64,000 bases of DNA from Lingula anatina (taxonomy: Eukaryota > Animalia > Brachiopoda): positions 14,670,651-14,734,650 of the forward strand of contig CM120647.1 in NCBI GenBank assembly GCA_051362555.1, given 5' to 3'. Each line of letters opens with the position of its first letter. Within the stretch, counting starts at the first letter, position 1. The notes under the pieces were generated by a model, which saw only the letters and a program-made list of their open reading frames with translations, was not told the origin of the DNA and searched no databases. The position numbers and the translations under genes were made by a program. Shown here piece after piece: positions 39,951-54,320 of the stretch.

Positions 39951-42293
39951 TTCTCGCCTTGCGCTGACGTTATCTCGTGCAGACAAGACAAGAAGTAAAG
40001 TGGCTGACGAGGAGTTTGAAGTTTAAACTAAGAATATCTTGCAGTCGAAGTTCAGTACCACAGCACAAGCAACATTCTCCTTTAAAAACTGATTTTGGTC
40101 TAGCCATAGCGCAGCCCTTATAGTGGTATCGGGCTACAGTGTAGCTGTCAAAGGCACACGACAAGCACGTGTATTGTGTTTATATATTCAGGAGCATATG
40201 TTCTTTGATAAGCAAAAAATACAAAAACATTGGATATATCTTTTTCTTTTAGAAACAAATTATTTATTTTTCCACTTTACATCTTAAATTCAGTAAATAA
40301 GATTAAATAAAGCAGAATTAAATCTTTTTTACATTTCATTTTGGTCTAATGACATTCAACTGCAGATTCACTGCGGAGCAGTTCTTTTTTATTGACGGAA
40401 ATTGTACACTGTCGCTGTTCCTCAGGGTCACTGTTGAAAACCGATTCACAGTGACCCTGACACTCAGGGCACAGTATCCTTAAAGAGCTGTAGAACACGG
40501 ATGCAAACGTACTTTTATATGTGTTCACATCAACTCAGTGGTGTTTTGGAAAGTTGCACCATTCGAAGCATATGTTTTTGTCTGTCTCGAGGTTAAAGTA
40601 TTTTGACTGGTTTGTCTCAACAAATGTAATTTCCTCGGAAATTAAAAAAGCAACCTTACCCAACTCACGATCATTGCTTATCGTTTTTATCTTCTCTAAT
40701 TACATAAGTTACTTCAAGACACATCGTGATTCAGTTATGCAGCCACGGTTTCCTGACATTTCAAACGGAAATACCGTCGTCAGGCAGTTTTGTTTGAGGG
40801 TTTTCATCGCTTTTAAGGTTCTGACCTGGGAAAGATAAGCAGCGCGTTTAAATGGAGTTTAGACACAAAGATATGACTTTGGGGCATTATCAGGCACGTG
40901 TAGTATACCTTTAAAATCTAAAAGCACTTAGATGAATGCGAGCTCGAATATGTTATTTGACCACGAAATAACTTAAACCAGGCATGTTCGTGTCATCTCT
41001 TAGCATGTAATAAGATACCAAAATGTTTTCATCCAAGGGCGTTTTTGTAAATGTCGTGTCAATTAATTAATGCGTTTTTGGAAAGATCGGCTCTCGTTTC
41101 TAAAACGTGCAATTTTTCTCTGAGTGCTTTGCGTTTAGTAAGGCACACTCAAGGGTGCAGGGTGTCTGAAGCTTTTATTTTAAGCCTATGTCAGGTTCTC
41201 AAAAGTCCATTAAACGTCTGAGCTCATTGATATCCCCACACTTTGATCAAAACCGGTGTACTTTTTTCCACGGCACAAGTAGTACAGTACGATTAATCGG
41301 AGCAAGAGGTCGCGTTTTCAGAACCCCCGTCCGTACAATCTGTCATAACAGTTAAGTTTCTTTCAGATGAAGGCCGTCAAAAGTCCATTAGGTGACTTAG
41401 TTTATTGGGATATCCATTCTGTATATCACAAGTTGTGTGTTCTCTTAAATGTTCACAACGACGCTCGTATCCTAAGCGAAAGGGTGAGTCCACTCCCCCC
41501 CCTTCCGTCAATGCCGAAGGTCATTAAAACTCATGCGGTAAAAACCCATGCGGTAAAAAAAAGGAAGAGAGTAAAGCGGGTAAGCAGAGCATATTCATTA
41601 GGAAGAGAGTTTATTGCAACCGCAAATACACCATGGTGTGATAATTACCTCTAGTACATACATACATATATCAACTAGACATCTCGACATATGATAAAAT
41701 CCACTTATCTAAAACAGTGAAACCATTCCAATTCCGCTTTAAAAACACTTACAGCATTTTTTTTTCTTTTTTTTCTTTCTTTTTTTTTTTTTTTTTAATA
41801 AATATATCATAAAATGTATCCTCGACGGTACATTGCTTGAGTATAGAGAGATACGTGCGAAATGATGTACGAAATCATTGCTCTTTACAAGAAGGGCGAG
41901 TCGGTTTCTTATGGGAAATTGTGGAGGGAACATTATTTCATTTAAATTTTGTCGTAATGAACAATGTGTCAAGGTTCTCTAGGAGTTTACACAGTACGAA
42001 GTCATCAAGTTGTGCCCATTTCAAGCTTCTCAAACTGCGCCAAGGTTTCCTCTTCTTTGTGACTTTTGTTTCCAGACTATATAAATTACTATAAATATCT
42101 TTATCAATGGTAATGCTTTCTTCATATCTTTTAAAGGTCGTTTTTATTACAGCATCTACGCTGTAAACGACTTGAGATGTGATACACACTATGAAGATAC
42201 TCTGTCTTGTAGGTCTTATTAGGGCTCTGCAGGTTTGAAAAATATTTGGAAATGGGGATCCTTTCCTTTCTCCCAGTCTATCAGAAGTCTCCT

Positions 42294-42499
42294 AGGGCTC
42301 ATTACCAATGGTACTATCGTTCTACGAGGGGACTCGAGAGGAGTCGCTGAATGCAACCAGATTAACAATTATCGTACTCATTTAATCACCAGGTTTTCCG
42401 TATTCAACTCAACGTTGTTTATCTGATTGTATTCCGCCAGAGTCCCCGAGGAGTTGGATCGATCTAAGTAGTACGATATTTTCATTGGGAACGAGCCCT
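42294..42499. mobile_element. Old palindromic MITE
   Basis: agggctcattaccaatg..tatcgttctac...aaccagattaacaa mirrored by ttgtttatctgattg...gtagtacgata..cattgggaacgagccct. Confidence 0.65.
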
Positions 42500-43078
42500 C
42501 ACTTTCCTTCCACGTCGGCTTCCAGATCAGAACCGGAGGCGGTGCAACTTGCCTGTATGCCTGTATGAACTTGTAAGTCTTCAACAACTAACCCCCCCCC
42601 CCTCCCAGCAACAAGTGCCCCTGTATTGACCACTGCTACATCTTCTGGTTTTGAATCTCCAATTTGCCATCTGGTTCCGGAATAAGATCGAGTGAAAAAA
42701 AGTTTTAACCTTTGGAACTGTCATTGGAGCTCCCCCGGGGTCCGCAGGCATCTCCGGCTACACGTGTTTGCCTCAGGTTAAAAGTCATTATTTGACTAAT
42801 GGATGGCTGACTTCCGTGACAGGGAGTGACAGGGAGTTAACCAACGTGTACACGACCATATCCTTGGAATTAATTTGATTACTGGGGAATGTTTATTAGA
42901 GGTAACAGGAACAAAAGAACCCTTGACAGCGGATGCCGGACTTGATGTAATTGGCTTTGTTAAAGAGACATTGTCCCTACGGTTTCTTAAGCAAAGTTGC
43001 AAATTGATTATTGGGAAATAAAAAAGACAAAATCCCAAGGGAATAAAGAAAAAAGGGGCACTTGTTTAATTTCCCCTT

Positions 43079-43080
<2 letters not shown>

Positions 43081-43122
<42 letters not shown>
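43081..43122. repeat. (CT)n microsatellite
   Basis: About 21 CT units. Confidence 0.95.
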
Positions 43123-43125
<3 letters not shown>

Positions 43126-44477
43126 CTTTCAATCGAACTGATACTCACTATAAAAGACATTAGCTAAGCTAATGGGTCATTACCATATCCTAATCGCCCA
43201 TATATTAGAAAGTAAACGAAAAACCTATAATACATTGCTGAGAACCGACAACATTGATCCTCTACAGCTGTGATTAAGGCATCATTGCCATTATTACATG
43301 CTGTAATTCCAGCAAATCGGCCTTATTAGCTCTTGGTGTTTTGCGTAATATTTCTTCTTACGGCACTTGTTTAAAGATGCGACCCAATATCAATCATTGT
43401 GATGGGCATTTGAATGAGAGCATCAAAAGGAGAGCTTTCATTGGGATTTCTTTGAGTTGAAATCGTGTATTAATTTTGAAAGGCACGGAATCTGAAAGAC
43501 ATTTCGCAATTCAAATTTTGTGAACGTTTCCATACGTCTTGCGATCAAAGCTCTTTCAGTAGTTCTCAAATATCATGCTAATTTACCAAGGCGGGATTAC
43601 ATCCAAGACATAACTAAAACAGATGAAAACCAAGCAATGTACAAAACAAGCCGTATGTCAGGATAACTTTCTAGATTCATTAGCCTTCCTTCGCGTACTT
43701 GTGATACCACCGCCTTACGTAACTCTGCCCCTTACTTGTCCCAATTTACGAATGCAATGGAAAGCGGACTATCTGCCACACGGAACTAAAAATAAAAATT
43801 AAAAAAAAAAACACGTTTAATGCCGCGAGGTAGACTTATATGGCTAATGAACCTTCTTCCAAAATAAATAAATAAATAAAAGAAAAGAAAAGAAAATAGA
43901 AAAAGGAGACATTATGTACTACGCAGGTAACGCGATTTAAAACCCCGAGGCACCTGGTTCTAAAGAGCTGTCAATGGATGCAAACGGGGTCATAAACTAC
44001 AATAACATTGTCCTGCCTTTTGGCTAATCACACGTAAGTGGTGATATAACTACCCCTAATGGCATTAATGCAGACAACACGACAGGATGCTCTCCCACCA
44101 GAGACCATGTTCTAGCATATTTCAGACCCCCGCACTGATTACGTATTTGTAATTTCTGTACATTACCTGTATTTATAATCCATTAACTGTCGAACATCTT
44201 ACCTGGTATCGGATTTTATCAACAAATTGTGCAATGCACGCCTGAAACCAACTTGACTGTATACGAGTATAAATTTGATACACATTTTCCAAACACATGA
44301 ACTGTTACGCAAATATATGTATCAACACACGAGATATATTGAGTTATGGCGTTTTGCTGCATTTCTCTTCTTTGGACTGAGCAGCCAGTAAAGTGTTTCA
44401 GGTCCGAAACATCTAGCAAATATCGAAGACAGGCTACCCTGTAAACCTTCAGCAACTTTACAAAATTTTTAGTCACT

Positions 44478-44792
44478 CCTGTAAACTCTCAACCATTCTG
44501 TTAACCACTACTAAACTTTTATCCATGCCTGTAAACTTTCAGCCAGACCAGTTAACTTTCAGCCACACCAGTAAATTTTCAGCGACACCAGTAAACTTTC
44601 AGCCACACCAGTAAACTTTCAGCCACACCAGTAAACTTTTATCCATGCCTGTAAACTATCTGCCACCACTGTTAACTTTCAGCCACCCCATTACAATCTT
44701 TCAGCCGTGCCTTTAAACTTTCAACCACCCCTGTAAGCTTTCAGTCGCCCTTGTAAATTTCCTGCCACCCCTATAAAATTTCAGCCATGCCT
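44478..44792. repeat. Minisatellite, 20-bp unit (cagccacaccagtaaacttt)
   Basis: About 15 units, most homogeneous in the centre and diverged at the edges. Confidence 0.9.
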
Positions 44793-46242
44793 ATTACGTA
44801 TATACTCCCGATAGATCGGTAACAGCCGGTCAGCTATACAATCAGTGTGAACCTATGCACACTTATTATTCCGTGTCAGACAGAGATCAGTTCAATATTC
44901 ACTTCTTTACTTAACAGCAGAAAAAGCACTTAACAACAAGTTGTTTTAGAATGGACTGGCAGACTCATGTTTCCAATGCCTAGGACCTACCGACGTACTC
45001 ATTGCCTGTAACACTCAAACTTTATCCACAAGAACAATTATGAAAAAAGGTCGTTTACACAGGGACTGCATTCAGACAATACTAATCGAGGTATAGGTCT
45101 GGTTATTTTGGGTGCCTCCGTCACACAACAAACATAAATGTCTGGCCCATCTGGGAGCGATTGTGCTTCATGAAGAGTTGTTTCCAGAGTTGTTTCCAGG
45201 TGATCTTGAAACAAAAGCGCCCGAGTTCTCGTTAAGGTACTTCTAAACCGTTATCTTAACATGACAACACTTCATAATCTTCAAAGAACATCTAACTTCA
45301 TAAGTGGAGCTAAAATCTGCGTGAACATTATGTAATGAGCAAATTGACGTGGTAAATGGCAAGTTTCCCGACAAGTAGACTGGAAAAGCTGTTTGTTTTT
45401 CTAGCAGGAGATGTTGCTAATTTCCTAATATCAATAAGTTACTCTTAAGGGCCTCTCCCTGGGTTCCACAGGTCCGGGGAAACACCTCTAATAGAGACAG
45501 ATTATAATGACAGGCCGTGTTTAATTTGTGTCGTAGTCACTAAGACAGAAAAAAGGAGGCTCATGGTCGCCCAGGCCTATTGGCATGGTGCTTCTTAATG
45601 ATGATGACTGAAACTGGAAGGTTTTCCCAAATCTTTAAATATAAAGATGAGGGTTCTTCTGAAACTCAAGTTTGGTGCCAAATAGATTTCTGGTGCCAAA
45701 TTTTGTCTGCACGCTGTTTTTGTGAAAGCAGATGCAAAACGAGAGGATTGGGCACAGCAGTTGATGTTTACTTCCATCAAATCTGGGGTTTTATAAACTT
45801 TAGGGTACTGGGGATGAGTTATTGGTTGATATTGCTCCCTTTCTCTTGCCACGGGTTTTCTTTTCTTCTGAAGGAGGGGGGGGGGGGCATCCGATATTTA
45901 ACAGCTTGCCAGAGCCATTTACTGGGCCTGTCAAAAAATATAGATGACTTCATTACTGACATTAAATGATAACTTGAAACAAAATGAGTTACGAAATTAT
46001 TGCTGACGTGTTCCTCTCTCCCTGCAAACACAGTTAATTTATAGAAAAATGCTGTTTTAAATAAAAACCTGCCCAAGCCTGCGCTGAGCATATCAAGGCT
46101 TCGTATCTGTGCTATTTATTGAGTAAACAAAGTTAGACTCGATTTGCATAATATTCGAGAAAACCGCGTGGAATAACATCCACAGATTATTATAGAGGTA
46201 AATCAAGCTCAAATCCCGCTTAGGCAAAATAAATAAAACGTT

Positions 46243-46320
46243 AATGATGTAATTTTTCTTCAGTCAACAGCTAATACTAATCTCAATATTAGTTGTTGAC
46301 TGAAGAAAAATTACATCATT
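46243..46320. repeat. 78-nt hairpin: 34-bp arms with one mismatch, 10-nt loop
   Basis: aatgatgtaatttttcttcagtcaacagctaata - ctaatctcaa - tattagttgttgactgaagaaaaattacatcatt. Confidence 0.9.
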
Positions 46321-49300
46321 CCTATGACATAACACAACTGATGAAATTATTCTCTGACTTAAATAAAACTTGGCCGTATAGCAATCTAGTCCGTGGATTA
46401 TTGCCTGCGTTTGTGTAAAATATTCAAGTATAAATTTTGACATGAGGGTAAATGTACCGTTTTAAAAGCTAATTGCTGTATTATTATTACTCTTCGCATT
46501 GTTGATTGTTTTATGGGAGTCCAATGAAGACTGGATTGTCGTTTTAAGGAAAATCATTTCCGTGAGGCTGCTCGACCATTGAAGAAGGAGCAGGGCATAT
46601 TTTTTTGTAGATATATCTGCAATAACTGCCAAATGCCTGCTATAATATAAACTATGAGTTGGGATGTTGACAATGTTTAGTAGTCACAATATCTAAAATC
46701 TGTGTCCACTTTGAGATATTTTCAAAGATCGCATTTTGCAGGCGGTGGAGTGGGCAGTAGTTCTTTTTTCCAAGCGGTGCACAGGGGACGGCATGTATGG
46801 CAATACGTTCGCAGTCTCTTGCATATTCGTACAAAAAAAAAGCATATCGATATCATACACTCTGTAGGCCAGTATCTGTAACAACTGATTTAGCTATCGT
46901 TCATCTGGGATATTGCGTTTCACAGATGAACTGCAACTTTGAATCAAATCCAGACAGATAGCGGGTGGCGCACTCGATAACATCATTTTGAGTGATCAAA
47001 TGAGAGCTAATGTGTCGCCCAAATTGTCGCGAGCGACGGGTCGTCTGAATCAAGCTATTTTTTCATTCCGCGGCAGATTGACCGGGCATTTAATAGAGTT
47101 ATTTCTAGGAAGAACAAAACATCTATCGCGGTTTAATTATCAGATTAAATCCGACCAGCATCTTGGGATAGGTATGATAAAAGTAACACAGAAGCATTTA
47201 ATATGGACTTTTTAATGTTTTTTTATAGGTGAAGTTACAGAGTTTTGGAGTCTGCAATGTCTGAATGGACTGAAATAATTGCTACGGATATATGAATAAA
47301 ATTAAAATAGATGAAGAATAGATACAAATGAAAATGATAAAAGACTACAGATGTTTCTTAATGGATACAATAGAGAGCAAGGTTGGCCTCGTTATCCATA
47401 GGGAAATAACGAATGTCACGGATGAACTGTTACGATTATTAAACTCCACATTAATATATTTACAACAATGGAATTGAATTAAACAGGAGTAGATCACTAA
47501 GATTAGAAGTGAAAATCTGAATAGAGATTATATTACTTGGTTATGACAGCAGTGTTAAAAGGTACCCTGCCCGCTACGAAGAATTTTGAGCAAAATCCGA
47601 AATTTCCTCAGGAATATTTTTCTCCATTCCTACAATTGAATTGTTCTAATAAGGTTACTCAGTTCCAAATAGCTGACTGTAGACAATTATGCCATCATAT
47701 CGTCCCTTACATTTGAGAAAGAAAAGTGTATGCAGGTTCCTTTATTTCAGTGTTTTTTTATTGTTTTTGGACCTAAAAGCGGAAAGATTATTCGTAATAC
47801 AGAATATAAGGGTATAGAAAATATTACTTTGAGATATTTTCAAAATTAATAAAGCTCCCCAAAATACTGTATATTTTTCTTAAAACTCTGGGATGAGGCA
47901 GCTGCCCCCAGCACTTTGATGCCCTGGACATGGCAATTTTGCAGGAAAACTATACATGTACTATTAAACATGTAATAGTGCGTTGTTTTCATCTGCCATA
48001 CACTGTAGTTTTCCAATATTCAGACAGCATACCAGCAGGTTTGATGAATTATGAAACGGATTACTTTCTCAGCAATGACCTTTGTGAACACTGATAATTT
48101 AATACTGCAGAGATATGTATCGTCAGTCCAAGAAAACTGCACGAGCTGTGCATGCACTACAGATACAGAACGCATGCACACACGTGCACGCACACGAGGG
48201 CTGATTATTAATTAGGTTCATCCCTTGGCATGTCGACTTTATTCGAGGGGTCTAAAAACATAGTAGTAGAAGTGGTTTATATGCGTTACTTGGAATCCAC
48301 TCTCGGTTTAAATGTATCTTCAACGTTAAGGACATTTTTGGTTCAGGGTCATCGTATCGTATCGCAATCTCATTTCACGGAGATGCTCTACAGGTTAAAG
48401 AATAACGCTTTTTTTTCGCGATGACATTTCCAGGAGCTTTGGCACGGCGATTCCCGGAGATTACAAGATAACAAAGAACACCAAATGCCATGTGACCCCA
48501 TCGATATTATCAATTTCCTACCATAACTTTCACCCTATACACAATGCACTGAATTTATGCCGTTTTCATTTCGAATTGTAAACTACAGAGGGCTGAAGAA
48601 AATTGATTTAAACAAAAAATAAAATAATAATAATATAAAGAATAAAAAATAGATATTAAATAAGATATCCACAAGATTTGCAAAAATATCATGGTAAAGT
48701 AAAAGAAACCTCAGTTCTTTTTATATCTACATTGCAATACATGTAGGCTACGTTCAGGCAAATGGAATACATAAAATTCAATATAAATACGGTACCTGTT
48801 TCGACATACCGCCATGTGTATTTTTATGCACACTTCATGTATTTTGCATGTCTGTTGTCTGAATTTAAATCATTTGCTCTAGCTAATCACCAGGCATACC
48901 TCGGGGACAAATGAAACAAAAAATGATGTCGAGGAGATGGGGTTTGAATTCAGTCGCGTTCTTGCACAATGAGACAAAACGAACCCAGATCAATTTGACA
49001 GCTAGAAGAGCCATCCGAGCACTGGAGCTCCAGATGGTCGTGGTGACATCTTTGAAATTAACCTGCAGCGGTTCTCGCCGATCATTTACAGTGTACCTTG
49101 TACCACCAGGTTGGTTTTAAGTTAGTTTCGAGGTTTTCCCCTTCAAAAATTTGTCTCATTTCACGCTCACTTATGGTTCCCAATTTGTCTTAAAACATGA
49201 TGCTTTTATTTTTTTAATGAAAAATGTTCTAGGACATTCTGAAGCAATTCCCAAAAACAGTTAACGGACTGTTACATTCATTACAGAACAACATTAAAAC

Positions 49301-52300
49301 TGTAAAAAGATACAGTAAATGTTCTAGAATAGATTGAGAACCGTAAGTGAACGTTAAATGAGACATTTTTGCATTTTTGCAGTCAAATTCAGACCATTGC
49401 TCAAAATGTTGGCGACCCACTTTGCTTGGCAACTGACTGACACGTATGGTGTTATCTACCAGTAGATTAAACGCCATTGAAGAAATAAAAAGGGCATGCT
49501 TAACTTCTCTGTGTTCTCAAATTGTAGCTTTACTGGATCGGACAGAGAACAAGAGAAACGCATTTTACTAAGTCAAATGGGGACGTGTACCTAATGGGAA
49601 AGTGAGCTTGTTCTCAGAAACTGTCGGAAGATTGTCGATGGCTCAGAGATATCCTCATGTTTTCCTGGAGTTGTACATCAAAATTTTTAATCGAACAATG
49701 CTGTCATCATATGGTGCACTGGTGCACTTAGGAAGGGAGTTTGAACTGATAGTTTGGGCTCGCTCTTAAATATTTAGAGCAATACGGAATGTCCAAAATG
49801 TCATTTATTTTATCCAAGTTATAGATTGGTTCCCTTCTTTCTTAACTGCACGTGTTTATCAAGCAATCGCACCGGAGACAAACATTTATTATGAAAGCTA
49901 GAGTTTTTACTTATTAAAAAATTCGCTTATTTTGTCTTTTCGAAAACCGATTGGCAGAAGGCACTGAGTTTGCACAGAACCAACCACATCAATACCATGT
50001 TGAACGTGAGAATTAAAAGCACTTACGGACTCATATGACTATGATTACCACTTGCCATGCGTTTCTGTCATATATGTCATAAATGCACTTTATAACTAGT
50101 CATATATTATTCAGGACCTTCACCTCGTCATAACACACAGCTCCAATTCACTACGCTTTTATGAGACTGCTTTGGCTCAGCGGATTGTTCTAAAGATAAT
50201 ACGTGCTTTCAAAATCCCTGTAGTCCCGAAACACCCTGGATTCAAAACGCCCACGCTTCATACATAATAAGTTAGACAAGTCAGGTTATATTATAGATGC
50301 GTTTGCTCTTAAGGCGTCAATACAATAGCACACGAGGCTGTGTTGCTGGGGTTGGCCGACTGTTTTGTGATTGCGCACATCCGTGACATTGTTGCTGTTA
50401 TGAGAGCAATTGGCTTTTTCTGTTATCGGTGTTTCCCTGGCGGTGATACAAAATTGAAACAAGCTATTAAGAAGAAAAGACCCAAAGGAATATACACCTT
50501 GGAATACAAGGGTGATTTGTATCTGAGGATTGCAGTGCTCGGCGCACAGTCGGAAAGGCACTCGGTGTGTGTTGAGTTTTCTTTCTTTTTTTAAAACCAA
50601 AGTCACTGAGAAACTGCAGAACGAAGAGCACATTGATACAACCCACGCACGTCATTCTGCTGGTAAATAACATAGCACAAGTCAGACAAAGCGGATTAAT
50701 GTTATGAATAGAGGACAGAATGATGCATTAGTGAATTTACGATTTTAAATTGAACAGGAGAACGGCAGGAGTCAAAGCACGAGGTGCATATACCTACAGA
50801 GATTCTCCAAGGGAAGTATGGAACAGTGCTCCGGGAGATGGACATCCTTCCATTGCGGACTACGTAACAGCCATTAACGAAGACTAAATTTTCTATTTAA
50901 AGGAAATGGGGCAGCAAGATCATGGTATACGAATATACACAATCTATTTTTGGGTTTTTTAACAGGCTTAAAAGAATCATATGAAGAAAAAACATCGTAT
51001 TTCCGCCTTCATACCGGTGCAAGGATGAATTCTGACCGGTGTAGCGAAAGTTAGAGGACTGAAGATATAAGTGAAGAGAAGATTGGAGGAAAATGCCAAC
51101 GTATGTGCATTTACGCCACGAGACACATACCGGAATATGGTATATGTATGTGACATATACGCAGTCAATGTGAAACCCTTAATGGCATTTCTCTGTAGGC
51201 AGACATACTGTCAGGAAAAATAGGACAGTACTTGCTGCAGATTTATGCCCAATTCAAGGGAAATATAACAATTGGCGATGAGACGCAGCATGGCAGAATG
51301 CTGACCAAGGAGTAACAAGGTGTATTAGCCGAGTGAACTTGAATCAGAGTGTGAATTTTTCCGTTGTCAATTGATTCTATAATGCAATGTGCATGACTGC
51401 TTCAAGTCGTTAACATACAATGTATTCATTCTGAAAGCTCATGCACACTTACAACGACACAGCTGCTGTATAAAACTGGGACTCCATACACACGGACATG
51501 TGAGAAGAGTTTATTCTTGTTTCAAAAACACGGCGCCTCTCCTGTTCCCGGAACCTTTCTGGGATAGGCAATAATTTAAATGGATGTGTCATCGTTGGTA
51601 AAGAATGTTATTATTAATTCAAAAAGTGAAACTGTGTTACAGGGATGCTGGTTGCGTGATATCGCCAAAGAACGTTAAAATAGCTGCGGGCGTATAATAT
51701 AAGCCTGTATTCTTCAGCAAGAAGAAGGCACGTTGGCTACGTATATATCCATTGGCCAATTAATTCGGAAAGACTGAGCGACTTAAAACCCTTCCCATTA
51801 ATGCGATATGGACTGGAATAGATTTGGTATCAGTGTACATATTCTCTATTATTTGTAACCTCAAGGAAAAAAAAAACATCGATACTGAAAGTTGAAACGC
51901 CATTTGCTGAGTCCTCGGGCGTTGTTCGTTTACATCCGCGTTGGCAATTTACGCTTATTAACACCACTTTACAATCGCAATTATCAGGTAGTTCCAATAC
52001 GCAAATGCGGTGGTCTAATTAGGAAGGATGGTATGGTAATGTACACGAGTGATTAGCTGTCCTTGTCTCCTGGTCAGTAAGACGAAGGTGGCAGGACATA
52101 GTTTATTTGAAGGGCATTCTATCAACCCATCAATCTAAACAAATAAATCAATATTCATATATTTGTATTCATATAAACATTGGAATATTCCGATTGGCTA
52201 AAATGTACTACGAAAGAACCAGCAGTTGCCGCCAGCAACTCTACGCAGAGATCAGTTGAACAGGAATCAGAACTGCTACGTGAAAAATTGGACAAAAACA

Positions 52301-54119
52301 TGGCTTGCCAACGGGGATATTACAGTAAAGAAACAACTCTTTATTGAACTGTAAGCAGTGAAAAAGGAGACGACGAAAAGTTTTTGACAACAGCAAGCAG
52401 ACAAAGTAAAGAAATTAGATTATAAAGAATCAGAACTCTGCAGTGGCAAATTGGACAAATATTGCTGATATTACCAACGCGTGGAATAATGTCTAGAACA
52501 GGCAAGAATCAATCACGCAATACGCAGTGTAAAGAATAAGCAGGAGAAAAGTAGGAGTGGAGTGTGTTTGTGTCATTGCATTGCACACTATGTTGGTTCC
52601 CTGGCATTTTGGCAGTAAGTCCAATGCCCACTGAGACGTAAAATAGATTCAGCAAAGTGCAGTGATCTTGCTACAGACATCGATGTAGACGTGAATATCG
52701 GCGAGCCAACACACCGTGGGATTAGCCTAACATTGAACAACACTAATTAAGGCTCAGAGGCTCTCGAACACGTTTTTTCGAACCAGGGGAAATCCGACAC
52801 GACAGTAATGACTACGGGGATTTCTTGCCGAGAACGATACGTTAAATGCTTGGGGTAGAGTGAGAACAATGGCCTGAAGTTTCGTGATTACCACAGCCAG
52901 GGTAGTCTTCTAGGTGGAAAACTGCACCTGGGTCAAGTGAGTAATATCAAGATTTAAGGCACAGTTAGCGCCATGAATTACTCTATCCCGCACATTTTGT
53001 GTGTTCTTTCAGTACGTTTAGTTGATATGTAAAATAGCCCGTTGCGTTCACATACGAAGTGCCGGTCCACGATAATATAGGATACGGAAAACTGCTCACT
53101 GACATGCATATGAATATCGGTTATAGAGTTTAGTCAATTCAGACTATACTTTTATGTTCCTTAACCAAGCAGAAGAAAACATCTTGTTAGAACCATTTGA
53201 CATATGGACATAGATACGTTTAACGTCACATAAATCAACCCACTGCCGGGGAGTATGGATAATAAACCCGGACAATTAAGATACATGTGCTGTTATGTAT
53301 ACGCCGGGTAAAATATGCGAATGAAATTAACGACTTATTCCCAAACTCGATAAAATTGCGCATAAAGCATACCTTTTAAGAAGATAAGATTCCGTCGTGT
53401 TTCATGACAGCTTCACGTGATAAATCTGTTATAGTGCACAGTATTCCGCCAAGGAAAAAAGGACAACTGCTGGAGAAACAGGAATGCATTTAAGAAAATA
53501 TGTTTTATGAAGCACGGAGTTAGCATAAACTGTATACACTTTTTTTCCTATTAATCAATTGTCTTTTCTGATAATTTCGTTCGTTAGACTTTGTGAATAA
53601 CTTTTGATCTTGTCGATAATCAACTAGACCAACGCCGGCGAAGACGTAACCGTCTTAAGGTTTAAGGACGTACGTGTACAGTTATTACACGCGAATAAGA
53701 CTTTTCAAGTCACCAATGCACTGGATTTGAAGAGGCGATAGATCAATTATAAACTATACCTAAGTGCAAGGCAGCAGCGCTTATCAATCGTGCAGTTGGA
53801 AAGTGTGGAAGGTATTCAACACGGAGCCGCAGTGGGAATTTCACAAACCGATAACCATAGTTAAACTGCTCTTGGAGAACAATTATTACACACTCTGATA
53901 TATTCACGCTGAAAGAGGAATCCGAGCAGCAACTGGAATGTACGGCTTGACAGCTGTAACGAAGGGAATAACGGAGTTAACATCAACGAAATCAAGAAAC
54001 AAAAAATGTGAGCTGGTTCACGAAGCATAAATTAAGTCACTAAACCTCAACTTAAAGATTGTAGTTAACGAGCCCTCGTGCTCATTGGTGCCTGTAGCGA
54101 CGCACGCGCGATAGACTAC

Positions 54120-54320
54120 CAGCAGCCAATGCGTACATTCCATAAGTTCGCGAACATGAAACTGATGTGCCAATCCGTGATACGACGTTAAGTGGAAGGA
54201 GCCTGACGCTGTCTGTCAACGTGATTGGTATAAATAGAGCATTCTCCACACAGTTCTTTGTAGCTGTCGTGAAGGACAACGCTGTCGTAGGCTCCAACTT
54301 CGTGTTAACGGGAGCCAATT
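54120..54320 (+). promoter_or_regulatory. Candidate Pol II promoter for the downstream GPCR
   Basis: CpG-rich patch with several CCAAT/ATTGG boxes (~54126, 54170, 54224, 54316), TATAAATA at 54229-54236 and Inr-like cagtt at 54251; possible 5'UTR splice acceptor near 55118-55122. Confidence 0.35.

Noticed and set aside
41938-42189. Minus-strand peptide with SLKWAQL, vaguely like a LINE ORF2 tail
   Set aside because: Too little motif support to call
44478-44792. 20-bp periodic array considered as CRISPR-like (also 21157-21580 and 27857-28077)
   Set aside because: Units abut with no unique spacers, no cas genes, eukaryotic context; these are minisatellites or transposon subrepeats
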